Positions 50,379 to 61,881 of a stretch of 64,000 nt of DNA are shown in pieces. Positions within the stretch are counted from its first letter, which is position 1, and each line of letters opens with the position of its first letter. The stretch spans positions 29,266,001 to 29,330,000 of the forward strand of contig NW_024704743.1 in the NCBI RefSeq assembly GCF_018977255.1, read 5' to 3'. Made by a program: the position numbers and the translations under genes. The DNA comes from Callorhinchus milii (taxonomy: Eukaryota). The notes under the pieces were generated by a model. The model had not been told where the DNA came from, did no database searches, and saw nothing but the letters and a program-made list of their open reading frames with translations.

Positions 50379-52692
50379 TACTTGACAGAAATTACTTATG
50401 AAGTGGCGTGAGCAGTTTCAATGTGATAAATGCAAGGATTATTATGAAGCACTATAAAGTCCTTTAGTGTTTTCTTTGCCACTTATGCAGGAGAAGATTA
50501 ATGCTCCGCTTTTAACTATAAGTGGGTGGTAATTTCACTGTAACAGGAATCTTATTACATTTAGTTACATGGCAAGTGGGTTGGGCACTAAAATGAATCC
50601 ATTGTAACCAGACTTTCCATATGTGTGAGCTCAGTTTTAGGCGGCTCCACTCTATTCAGCTGCTGCAGACACCGGGAGTAGTTCTTCTCTGTCCTCCTGA
50701 GTATTCTCACTTGCTTCAAATTAACCTTCAATCGGGTGGAGTGCAATCCACTGCTATAATGCAAGCTCTCAAATAGCAACCGACTTGCAGTTCAGGCACT
50801 TTTAGTGATCAAAACACCTTCACCTCGTTTATTCAATTTTATCAGATTAAAAAAAAACTGAATTAAATGACCTGCTTGATGTTGTCATAGTTTTACTAAC
50901 ACAGTATCTCATCAGTTGAAACCACAGCAATAGTTCACTTTTTTTGCAGCTTAACAGGCATTTGAACGGGATATCTCCCGAATGATGGAATGAGCGTGTA
51001 TATGTGCACTGAATTTAATAAGTTTCGGCTTGTGCAGAGAAACTGCTTTTAAATAAATATTGCAGGACCTCATATTAGGTCATTGGAAACATTTTTCATT
51101 GTTTCCTCTAACTGATAGCCATCTCAAACGCACAGCCCTCCCCACTTTAGTGATGCGGAAAGATCTGTTGTCTTACTGATGTACATTAAGGCTTATTAGC
51201 AAAATCCAGGCCGCCCTGCCTTCATAACAATCACATCCTCCAACTTTCAAAACTAGAGGATTAGCACTTTTGAATTACAAGATAAAAATTGTTAAATGCA
51301 CAAATTAGCTCGAGTTACAAGTGATTGACGCTGACACTAATAGAATGACTATACAGATGAGATTATGAAAAAATATGACAAAGGCTTATGACCAATATCA
51401 CAGTGTGGACCAATGTGTGATAATCACAGACTGAATTCTCCCCAATACAGTATGTGTCCTTCTTCTCCTGTTTTCCAAATCTGGAACTCCAACTGTGGAT
51501 TGGAAAATGGGAGAGGGAGAATGCATACAGTATTGAGGAGAGGAGAGTTACAGAAATGAGGCATCATTGGGTAAATATGTTGTTCCTTTCAGCCAAACAC
51601 AAAGGCAAGATGGGGATACAATTCCAATGGGCATCCAGAATCCGTGAGCACCTCCCACATGCACATGTCATGCTGTTCAACTATGGGAAGGCAGGGCATC
51701 AAAATCCACCCCAATTTTGTCCTCACCCAAAACTCAAACTTATACTTCCCAGCAGAGACTGCTGGTTGTTGAATGGCAGTAGGATTCATCCCAGGGTCAT
51801 TGAAGCTAATAATAATGCTCCTAATAAATATGAATTTTAAAATACTTGTACATCCACATTTTAAAGTTCTCTGTGGCAATCTTGTTCGTGCTTAGGGGGA
51901 AATACTGTCAGATAATACTCATGGTGCTGCGATTAGTGTCACTGCTTCATGTCCAAGCTCTCACAGTGAAGAGCTTTGTATAATTAAACAAGTTAAAAGA
52001 AAAGAGACAGGTTTACATCTCTGAGAGAGAGACACACACCCAGAAAAAGAGAACAAAATAACAGGAAGACAGTGAGTAACTTGTCAGCTGGTTTGGGAGT
52101 GGGAGGAGGTTGCAGAGGGACATTTACTTTCACAGTGTAAAATATTTCAGCAGCGGCATGTGAGACCTGTAAACCTCACACACGTGTGGTATAAATCTCA
52201 CCAAGACCCACAGAATAGGTTTCAGTCATTTACTCCCAGAAAAGCCCCTCTGCTGCGATATGTGCAGCTGCGCTGCGGAGCGATCCGGATCCTAACGGTG
52301 CATTTTTATCGCCACATGGGTGCTGACTTTTTGCCTTCTTTGACTTAATTGTGGACAGGCTTCCCAGCAAAAATGCTCCCAGGTGGGTCCCATTATTTGA
52401 AGTGCTTGATTACAACAGTGTTTCGTGCAGTCCAGCTGCACAGTTCAGACACTGCCGAGGAAGTGGGGTTGTGAAAAAATGATCAAAACGCACTGTTTAA
52501 AACAGGATTCAATTTCCCTTCATAGAGAGGATTGGTCACCGAGAAGACAAACGTAATACCACTCAGAAGTAAAGGAGGTAGGAAGGAGGCCAATGAAACT
52601 GAAGATTTGTACAGCTTCCCTTTCCGTAAGAATTGGACAAGATGAGCCTTGCATATGACAAGTGCTATATTTTTAAGGGAGGCTTCGAACAT

Positions 52693-52895
52693 TAATAATA
52701 ATAATCCTTGCATTTGATATAGCGCTTTTCACGTTGGGAGGACGTTCCAAAGCGCTTCACAGAACACACTGTAAAGTGAATTGACTATATTTGTGGGCAA
52801 ACACGGCAGCCAATTGCACACAGCAATGTCCCACAAACAGTCGTAGATTGAAAATGACCAATTTATTATTGTTTTGTTTTGGAGAGACTATTATT
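52693..52895 (-). mobile_element. Young SINE, 5'-truncated
   Basis: Near-identical to the 3' two-thirds of the 9104 and 61540 copies. Confidence 0.88.
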
Positions 52896-53715
52896 GGGTT
52901 GATTTCGGGTTGATTTCAAGAAAGCTGTGTAGGGAGAAATTCCATCTGGGTCTAGATTTACTATTTTAATATAGTGTTTCAGAGCAGCCAGTTTTGAGAC
53001 GTCTCGAAGACGTGATAAGGCACTATGTCAAATGAAAGCATTATTATTATTAATTTGGTTAAGGTGTTGATTTCAGTGATCGTTATCTTTGAAGCCAATT
53101 ATTTTCTGCAGTTCAGTCATTCAATTCATGGCTGTTTATTATTTAGTTCCTAAAAGAACTTACAAAATTAAGGATGTATTTCAGAATTTAATTTCTGGAC
53201 ACTGTGAAATGTTATGTATATAGGGTGAATTTCTTCCCCGGTCCCTTGTGTGTAACAAAAANTCATCCTGAAACACAGCAACATCTTGATATTTAAAGGA
53301 GGAAGGTTTATTTATCTCTGCACTGAACCAAAAAANGTGGGTGTCTTGCCCTCCAATTTGAGTGAAAGGGTTGACAACTACCAAGATAAATGACAGAATA
53401 AAATAAGGCACAGAATGCAAATTGAACTTATTCCCTGCTTTAACCTCTGAATTTTTTTCGTTCATTTTTTTTCCCCTAAGCACTGCAAATAATTTCTGTA
53501 AATTGAAGAACTTCTAAGAAAAGATTACACACAGATACAAGAACCCCAAAATCCACCTGGCCTATTCACACAATGTGTCATTGCTCTGAACAGTGCATCC
53601 TTTATGCTCTAAAAAGCGCTCTGAGACGCTACCCTGTGTGGAGGGCGCTATATAAGTGCAAGTTGTTGTTTATCAGGGCAGGTTTACTATTTGGGTGAAG
53701 CTATTCATCCAGCAT

Positions 53716-54041
53716 TATAATAATAATGATAATCCTTGCATTTGATATAGCGCTTTTCACGTCTTCCAGACGTCCCAAAGCGCTTCACAGAATATACTGT
53801 AAAGTGAATTGACTGTATATTTGTGGGCGAAACGCGGCAGCCAATTGCGCACAGCAATGTCCCACAAACAGTTGTAGATTGAAAATGACCAATTTATTAT
53901 TGTTTTGTTTTTTTGGAGGGATTATTATTAGGCGTGTGGAGTAAGGAAACTTGCCCAAGGTTTCGCCCTGACCTGTCTGGAATTGAACTCAGGTTTCTCG
54001 CTTGCAAAGCGAGTGCTCTAACCACTGAGCTTCAGGACTCC
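53716..54041 (-). mobile_element. Young tRNA-Ala SINE, full length
   Basis: Near consensus; its head forms most of the left arm of the palindrome. Confidence 0.92.
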
Positions 54042-54192
54042 ATTAAAAATGTTCTGCTAGGGTTAACCCATTGGGTTAACCCTAGCAGAACATTTTTAAT
54101 GGAGTCCTGAAGCTCAGTGGTTAGAGCACTCGCTTTGCAAGCGAGAAACCTGAGTTCAATTCCAGACAGGTCAGGGCGAAACCTTGGGCAAG
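53950..54192. repeat. Perfect inverted repeat: 121-bp arms with a 1-nt spacer (T at 54071)
   Basis: 53950-54070 is the exact reverse complement of 54072-54192 by inspection; centre GCTAGGGTTAACCCA-T-TGGGTTAACCCTAGC. Confidence 0.95.
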
Positions 54193-54699
54193 ACAGGCAT
54201 ATATGGTGATTCATTCATTTAAATCGCTTAACTACTGTGTGAATGACAGTGCTCATTTTGAATGCCTCGTGTTCAAACCTTCCAAATCCTCTCAATTGCA
54301 CCTTTATTCCAATGCATTACTGCATTATTCCTCTTTCTTTTTAAAAAAAATGTTGTATCCCACTGGTTGCAAAAAAAAGTGTTTTGTTCTGCGGGTATGT
54401 TTTTGTTGAATTACAGGAAATAAACTAGATGATGTGGGCACATGCAGAGAAGCACATATTTGGCTAAAAGGTGACATGAAAGTGCAAACAAAGTCCATCA
54501 GTGGCTGGATGGTGCATCTGTAATTCTTCACAATATGGATTGTTGTGGGGTGGAGGAGAGTGAACCCCAATGTATGATATCCCCCACATCATACAGTTAA
54601 ATACATTCAACTATCTAATTACATATGAAATTACGTTGCACACTAACACTGCTATTAATCGTAGAGAGGTTTGGGCATGGAATGCCCTTTGGTCCATTT

Positions 54700-55021
54700 A
54701 ATAATAATAATACTCCTTGCATTTGCAAAGCGCTTCACAGAATATACTGTAAATTGAATTGACTGTATATTTTATGGGCGAAATGCGGCAGCCAATTGTG
54801 CTCAGAATTGTCCCACAAACAGTCGTGGATTGAGTGACCAATTTTTTTAAAGGGATTATTACCCCTGGAAAAGTGATCCGCTAATCGACGAGCAATTGGG
54901 TTCCTGCTTACTGTTAATAAACAGAGGCATGTTGAGTAAGAAAACTTGCCCAACGATTTGCCCTGCAGGGAATCAAACCCAGGTCTTTCACTTGCGAGGC
55001 AAGTGCTCTAACAACTGAACT
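54700..55021 (-). mobile_element. tRNA-Ala SINE, long subfamily
   Basis: Extra segment GATCCGCTAATCGACGAGCAATTGGGTTCCTGCTTACTGTTAATAAACAGAGGCATG present. Confidence 0.85.
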
Positions 55022-55066
55022 TCCATTACTTACGTCTGTCAATATTACAAAGATTATAATTAATCC

Positions 55067-55283
55067 AATAACAATCCTTGCATTTGATATAACGCCTTTC
55101 CCATCAGGAGCGCATCTCAAACTGCTTCACAGGATTTACTGAAAAATGTATTTGTAGGCAAGTGCAACAGCTAATTTGCGCACAGCAATGTCCCACAATC
55201 AGCCATGAAATGAATGATCAATTTTATTGGGTGAGAAGGGGTTGTTCACCAAGACACGGGAGAAACTCCCTTTTCTTTTTGAA
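55067..55283 (-). mobile_element. Old DeuSINE-like SINE, 3' half
   Basis: GCTAATTTGCGCACAGCAATGTCCCACAATCAGCCATGAAATGAATGATCAATTTTATT..CCAAGACACGGGAGAAACTCCC. Confidence 0.75.
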
Positions 55284-58200
55284 TTTTTCACAATATGTTT
55301 AAATGCAGTAACACAGCTCAGGGTTAAGATGATATAATGCTCCTGTGGTTAATATTGTCACCTCAACCTTCAATGTATTTAATAAAAATAATAATCCTTG
55401 CATTTGACACAGGGTCTTTCAGGTCAGATTGATGTCTCAAATCACTTAACAAAATGTACTGTGAAGTGCAGTTACTGTGTAATTTGTATTATGTTCTTAT
55501 AACAGACTGAAGGCAATGTGTTATCCAACTACTCTCAGTGTTCAAGTCTCTCAATACCATCCGCTATGTTTTGGCCAGGAGAGCAAAACACTTGGTCTCA
55601 GCCCTCTGCCAAAACCCCTCGAATTAACAAGGAAATGCGTAAGAGCAGCCCAAGGGAAATTTACTATCCGATTTTCCCAGCTCTCCAGGAGGGAAGCCGC
55701 TGGCATCCACTTGGCTTTGGTTTCTTACATTCCCCCCTTCCCTTCCATTCCTGTTTCTGGAGGTGGAAAGCTGGGTGAAGGGAAACCAAAGCAAGGGCTA
55801 ACCCAGCATTCTTGAGCAGAACCTAATACTTCATCCTCATTGTGACAAATATTTTTAACAGCAAGCTCTATACGTCACAACCATCATTTGACACATCTAT
55901 GGAGCAACTTGCTTGCTAAGATAATTCCTACCTGCTCAATTTCAATTTGTGCAGTTGGCACTTGACTGGATACCTACAGACACCCCCTAGAGAAAGAAAT
56001 CAGGGGAAATTACAATAGTGGTTTCTGATGCAAGTAACATTTGCACAATCTGAACTTTAATAGCCACTGGAGAGTAAATCCAGTGTCATGTTTCCCTTAT
56101 CACAAACTTTTAGTGATTGCATTGAAGTTTGCAAAATGAAGTACACATAGTTGATTCCAATTTTTTTGCTTGTAGAATGATTCAATGATTCAGTTTGCTT
56201 TCTAAGTGAAATACATTTCTAAAATGAACCATTTAGTGCTGATGTTGTTTCTAGGTCAGCCAGAGTGCACAGAGCTCGCTGGTTGGTTCCTGCTGAATGA
56301 AAGGTGTTGATCGGAAAACTACTGGCAGATTGTTGGAAAAGGGGACACAGCGGCTCGGTTAGAGCGTATTTGGTTTTCAACAGAGCAATAATAACCACAG
56401 AGCAAAGTAGAAATAATGTGATGCGTTTTAGCCACACTTGGCGTACACATCCAGCTTCCACAGTGGCAGACCTTTTGGAGTCAAAGGTGAAAGATGAAAG
56501 TTGCAACATGATGGCTGGGCTCCATATGAAGAGCATGGTTCACAACTGAACCAAACATGTTGTTCAGCACATGAAATAAAATTGGCAGCCTAGAGGCAAG
56601 CTTGAGTTTCTCTCCTTTTTGAGGTTAGAGGGTACATTGATGATTGCTCATGGCATACAGTTGTTAACATAACTGGAAAATAATCTATTCTGTTCAGTCA
56701 GTTTGATTGAGGTAATAATATATGATGGCAATTTGAGCTGATAAACCTTCAGTGCTTATAGGGCAAAGGTCTTAGTTAGTGTGTCGCCTCTAACTGTTTT
56801 ACTTTTATGTCTGGGTTTGCTATTTGCCAGCGTGTGTGGGGTGTGCAGAAACAAAATAAACTCTATATGGTCTTGTGTCACTCAGGATTAGCAATGAAGG
56901 TAAAAATGGCATGTGCTTTCAAAGCGAAAACCTAATTATTTTTTTAAACTATTCTAAAGATAAACAAAATAATCCAATCCTTTCACAATTGCATCCAATC
57001 CTAAAAATGTGAATGATTTATTTGTAGAATGAACTGCAAAGTGGCACTTTTAGGATCCAGCAGGTCTTTATATTTTTTCACAAAGTAATAGAAATTCCTG
57101 TATTCCTCTGCCATAAAGCTCGCAGAAATGTAAATACGAGGCTAGATTAAACCCATGTATCATGTTCCGTTTTTGCAACGTCTCATTTTTAAACCTGTAT
57201 TTATCTGGGAGCCCGTGTGGTCAGTGCAGCTGGTGAACGCAGAGAAACCACAAGTCAAGAATCAACTCTCTTCACTTCACTCTCCCTCCCTCCCGGCTGT
57301 CTGTGAATTTGCAGTAGCCTCTTCACACTGTTGTTTGTTTTCATTCAAGCCCTATACGATCTTGAGCAGGAGTCAGGTGTACCCATATTCAGTCCCTGTG
57401 CTTCAGTGGGGAACCCAAGCTAATACGTTTTATTACTCAAGTATACCAAATGCTTATTCATGTGACATACATTAACTTCTGTCACTTTGATATTTCATTT
57501 GAATCTTATACTGAGCAGAAGGAATATTTTGTTCTCTTTGTTTCTCACCATTTCTGGTTGAGATTGTGACACTCAATGGAAGGGAATCATAAAGAAATGA
57601 ACAGGGTGACCTTGCCAAACAAAATGGTAAAGAAGCAATACAATCAGGCAACAAATGATTGGTGGGCGGGAGAAATGTTTACTGTATTGCTGTGCTGAAC
57701 AATCGATGGATAATATTAAAGACTCCCAAACAGTGGATCTTGGTCCAGAATTAAACAGTATTATCTAGACCGAGCATATGCCAGGCATCAATGGTATTGA
57801 GTAGAGTCTTATCTGCACCTTAGTAAGGAGGACCAATGTGGTACCTAGACCTAGTCTGAATAGAAATGGAACTCTTGATCTGGACCATCAGTAGTTTCTT
57901 CATCCCCAAGCTGTTTGCAATGTTTGACCATAAGATACCTTATGATCACCTGAACAGATTTTATGGTGTGCTTTTTCAGTGTCATGAACTTGTGTCATAA
58001 GGCGAACTCTTCAAAACACACAAGGTGATAAATTCCTCAGATCACTAATGTAAATGGCCATGTTGGGATGTGTAAGTTTATGTGTAAGGGTAAACTAGGG
58101 TGGTATCAGGGGATTGCCAGATTCCTATTATTTGGCTCCAATTAAAATTATCATTACGAAGGACATGTGATTTAGTGAAATACCATCTGATTATCTGGAT

Positions 58201-58466
58201 AAAAGCCTGGCGAAGGTCACAAAGGAGATACTTGTTCAAAGTGCCACAGCTCAAAAGATATATCAGCAGGGACATTATTAAGGCTGTAACTAAGGCTTTA
58301 GTGAGGGAACCAACATAAAGCTCTTTCTTGATCTTTCTCGCGTTTTTGGTCTGGCAGACAGAACAGGGCAGCTCTAAAATCCAAGCTTGTAATCGAGAGG
58401 TCGAATGATTGTTGTCAAATGCCCATGTGGAAGCTAGGAGGAAATCCTTTCACTGCACTGTCAGAT

Positions 58467-58812
58467 AATAATAACAATCCTTGCATTTGATATAGCGCCT
58501 TATCACATCTTTGAGACGTCTCAAAGCGCTTCACAGAATATACTGTAAGGTGAATTGACTGTATATTTTGTGGGTGAAATGTCATGGGGTCTTTGAAGTC
58601 CACCTGAACAAGCGTGAGGTCACACATATAAGTTAAATACTGAGTTTTTCTTGGTGTCCTAGTTAACAGTTCTCTGGATGAATTAGTCATTCACCTTGTG
58701 ACTGACTGTGGGAACTCTGCTGTGCACAAATTGCCTACAGATACACATTCACTACACTTCACATCAATTACCTATGAAGCTTTTTGAGGAGGTTTGCATT
58801 TCACCAATATAT
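58467..58812. mobile_element. Adjacent SINE fragments in opposite orientations
   Basis: Minus-strand young tail 58467-58580, a short minus Deu-like piece to about 58610, then a plus-strand old SINE 3' half from about 58640. Confidence 0.65.
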
Positions 58813-59869
58813 TCATTACTGTATAAAAAATGCAAGGATTATTAGTATCATTATATTTATAACAATATTTTTTAAAACATTACATTTTCCCAATGAAGAT
58901 TTCTCCTTCAACGACTGAGTGTTTTGCCATAGAATAATAAGTCTTGCATTTGCACTGAACTGAACAGATTCACCATTAAACATAATAATCCTTGCAATTG
59001 ATTTTTGCATTTAATATAGTACCATATTATGTCATTAAGATGTCTCAAAACACCTCAAAGGATATAGTGTAAATGATGTGACTGTGGTTTGTGGGCAAAT
59101 GAGGCAACCAATTTGCACACGCCAATGTGGTGCAGAGACTACACTTGATCCTGGCCTCACCCCCAGTATTACACTGAAGTGTCAGCCTAAACTACAGGTG
59201 GGGCTTGAATCCATAACCTTCTATCTCAGAGTCGAGGAGTACTACCAACTGAGCCAGACTGACACACAACATATAGTGCAGTAAATCTGAACTTGATAAA
59301 ATTCTAATTGTACATGACACATTTCCTTCCCCCCCACTCCGCAGCTACAGGAAAAAGTAATTTTATGTTATATCTGGCCACAATGTAAAATTCACTACCA
59401 TCTTGAAAGGATAAGTGCAGAAATGCTGTTCCCCAGATAAATCAGCACAGAAAGAGTTAAGAATGAATCCTGCCCTCGTACTGTATTTGAATTATTCCAA
59501 ATGATCAACTGTTTTGTTCTTTTTCTTCAGTGAATAAAGCGAGATGAGGACAGACACCATGACCTTTGAAGCTATGCCAGCTATATTTGTTTAACTGTCG
59601 ACACCCACAGCTCGTGTCTCCAGATACATTACATCTCCATTTAATAATTCCTTTGAGCCTTAACCTGGCTGACTAAGCTGAGCTCTCTTCAAGAGACAGG
59701 AGAAAGCATTCCATATCGCATGATGATGATGAATGCACATTAGGATTAGCTGATGGAGTGTATATGAAAGAGTGCATGATGCACCTGAGAACAAGTTACA
59801 CACCATTGCCACTCCATATGCTTTTCTGCCAGCAACATCCCCGAGGTGGGCCATACATTGCATGAAGCA

Positions 59870-59912
59870 GCTTTTTGGCTAAGATCAAATGTAGTATCTG
59901 TTCTTATCAGTT
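59870..59912 (+). pseudogene. U2 snRNA fragment (U2 nt about 12-54)
   Basis: GCTTTTTGGCTAAGATCAAATGTAGTATCTGTTCTTATCAGTT versus vertebrate U2 GCCTTTTGGCTAAGATCAAGTGTAGTATCTGTTCTTATCAGTT (41/43); includes the branch-point recognition sequence GTAGTA; lacks the 5' end and Sm site. Confidence 0.85.
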
Positions 59913-60549
59913 ACTCCTTAGGCTAGCACCTGCCAGAAAAGTTCTCCTGTTAAAACACTCTGGCTCGACCAAATCTCACCCATAATTTAGGGGCTGTTAT
60001 GGGAAGGATTGAGCTTCTGGCAACAGCTATGCCTTCAGCCCTCTGTTGGCTGGGTTTATTATTGCAGTACTTCCGAATTGAGGAGTTTGATCTGCCCTCA
60101 CAGAGGAAGCAGAGATACTGGAACTTGAGCACTTGGTCAGTAGGTTCAGCCCTTGTCCTGCCACAGAGGTGATCCGGTCAGCTAACTTGGTCGGCTGGTC
60201 GGGAAGACATGGTTCAGTTCCTTATTGTCCTTTGATAATTTGGAGCCTAGAAGAGTTTGGAGGGGTTGGGGCTTGACTGCGTGGACAACCCTCATTCCCA
60301 AGTGGAATGTAATTTGGTCTAATTCAGTTCCTGAGGGTGACCAGGGCCTATTCTCGCTCACCAATCAAAACAAAACACATTGCATGAAACAGAATTTGTG
60401 TTTACCGACCTGAAGAGGAGCTGGTAGCACTCTCACCTCTGGGTCAGAAGGTTGGGGTTTCAAGCTCCATGTTGAGCTTTTGACTCATTGACTTCGCTGA
60501 TACTCCATTGCAGTACCGGAGAAGGGTTGCATCGTCGGAGGTGTCATCC

Positions 60550-61032
60550 TTTTTTGGGGGTTAGCTCAGTGTCTGACATAAGTGGGATCGATTATCAGCT
60601 TAAGAGTATCCAAACCTCACTGAGAGTTCCACACACGTATGCGACCTACAAACTGAGATTTCCCTGCATCAGGAATAAAATGTGCACTTTCTCCCTGAAG
60701 GGATGCTTTCTGCTTACCTAATTCTGGAGAGTATTAAGTGTAGGTTGTCTCGAGCTAAAGCTTGGAGACCCTGAATATGCATTGAGGTATTGCTGGAATT
60801 ACCAAGCTGAAAATTCAGAACTTGCCCTTGAAAGCACTGCCTGGTAAGTTTTCCTGTTGTCTGTCCAGCTTGCACTTCCCTGCCTGTTAGGGCTTTTTCC
60901 CGAAGGATTATCAGAAGCCAAGTAGAAAGAATCTCTGCCCATATTGACTGGTCTGCCTCTCTAAGGCCTGACGATGAGCCAGGCTCGCTGGTCTGCCATC
61001 AGCAGTGCCCTAGAATATTGGGGACCCGCCTA
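60550..61032 (-). repeat. Unclassified ancient dispersed repeat, copy B
   Basis: Reverse complement aligns end to end with 19704-20187; both end in CCCC followed by a short A run. Confidence 0.8.
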
Positions 61033-61539
61033 GCTCAACAACTGGACTTCCAAGGCTGCGACACGGGGGTCTAGCTCGATTCTAATATTCTGTTGTCAAA
61101 CACAACACCTTGGAGTCAGTTCAAGTCACTAGTGACTGTCCATCAGATGAACAGAAGAACAGAAGACCCGTCCACCTCTTCAGGTGTGCAAAATGGCTGT
61201 TATGTTTATACAGTCTTTACACTTAGTATAATTACAATAAAATAAGACATTTCAACATGCTGAGGTGCCGTAAAAAAGTGAGTTCTATCTTTTGGCCTTA
61301 CTCCTCCACCAACAACACCAGAAATGACTCTTCTGGTTGTGGAGACAACCATGTTCACTGCTGTGATGGAATGAGCAGCTGAACCTATCATACCCTGCCC
61401 TGCGCAGCCCAACAAAGTGCCTGCCCTTCACCAATGGGGAAGGCAACGGCCATCTGCAAAACCTGGTGTGGAGTGATTTTAAAATGACTGCTCATGAATG
61501 ATAATTTCATCACTGTAGAAAACCCTCAACTATTATATA

Positions 61540-61881
61540 TAATAATAATCCTTGCATTTGATATAATAATAATAATAATCCTTGCATTTGATATAGCGCT
61601 TTTCACGTCGGGAGGACATCCCAAAGCGCTTCACAGAACACACTGCAAAGTGATTTGACTGTATATTTGTGGGCGAACGCGGCAGCCAATTGCGCACAGC
61701 AGTGTCCCACAAACAGCCGTAGATTGAAAATGAGCAATTTATTATTGTTTTTTTATTTTGGAGGGATTATTATTAGGCGTGTGGAGTAAGGAAACTTGCC
61801 CAAGGTTTCGCCCTGTCTGGAATTGAACTCAGGTCTCTCGCTTGCAAAGCGAGTGCTCTAACCACTGAGCTACAGGACTCC
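61540..61881 (-). mobile_element. Young tRNA-Ala SINE, full length, with duplicated 3' terminus
   Basis: Near consensus; TAATAATAATCCTTGCATTTGATA occurs twice in tandem at 61540-61593. Confidence 0.92.

Noticed and set aside
4468..53336. Single N bases at 4468, 10680, 30808, 53262 and 53336
   Set aside because: All sit at the ends of homopolymer runs, indicating base-calling or assembly uncertainty rather than biology; a reason for caution about the palindrome and the 4472 acceptor
61020..61065. GCTAGGCGGGT and GGCTGCGACA words reminiscent of 7SK RNA
   Set aside because: The two words lie on opposite strands and nothing else matches 7SK
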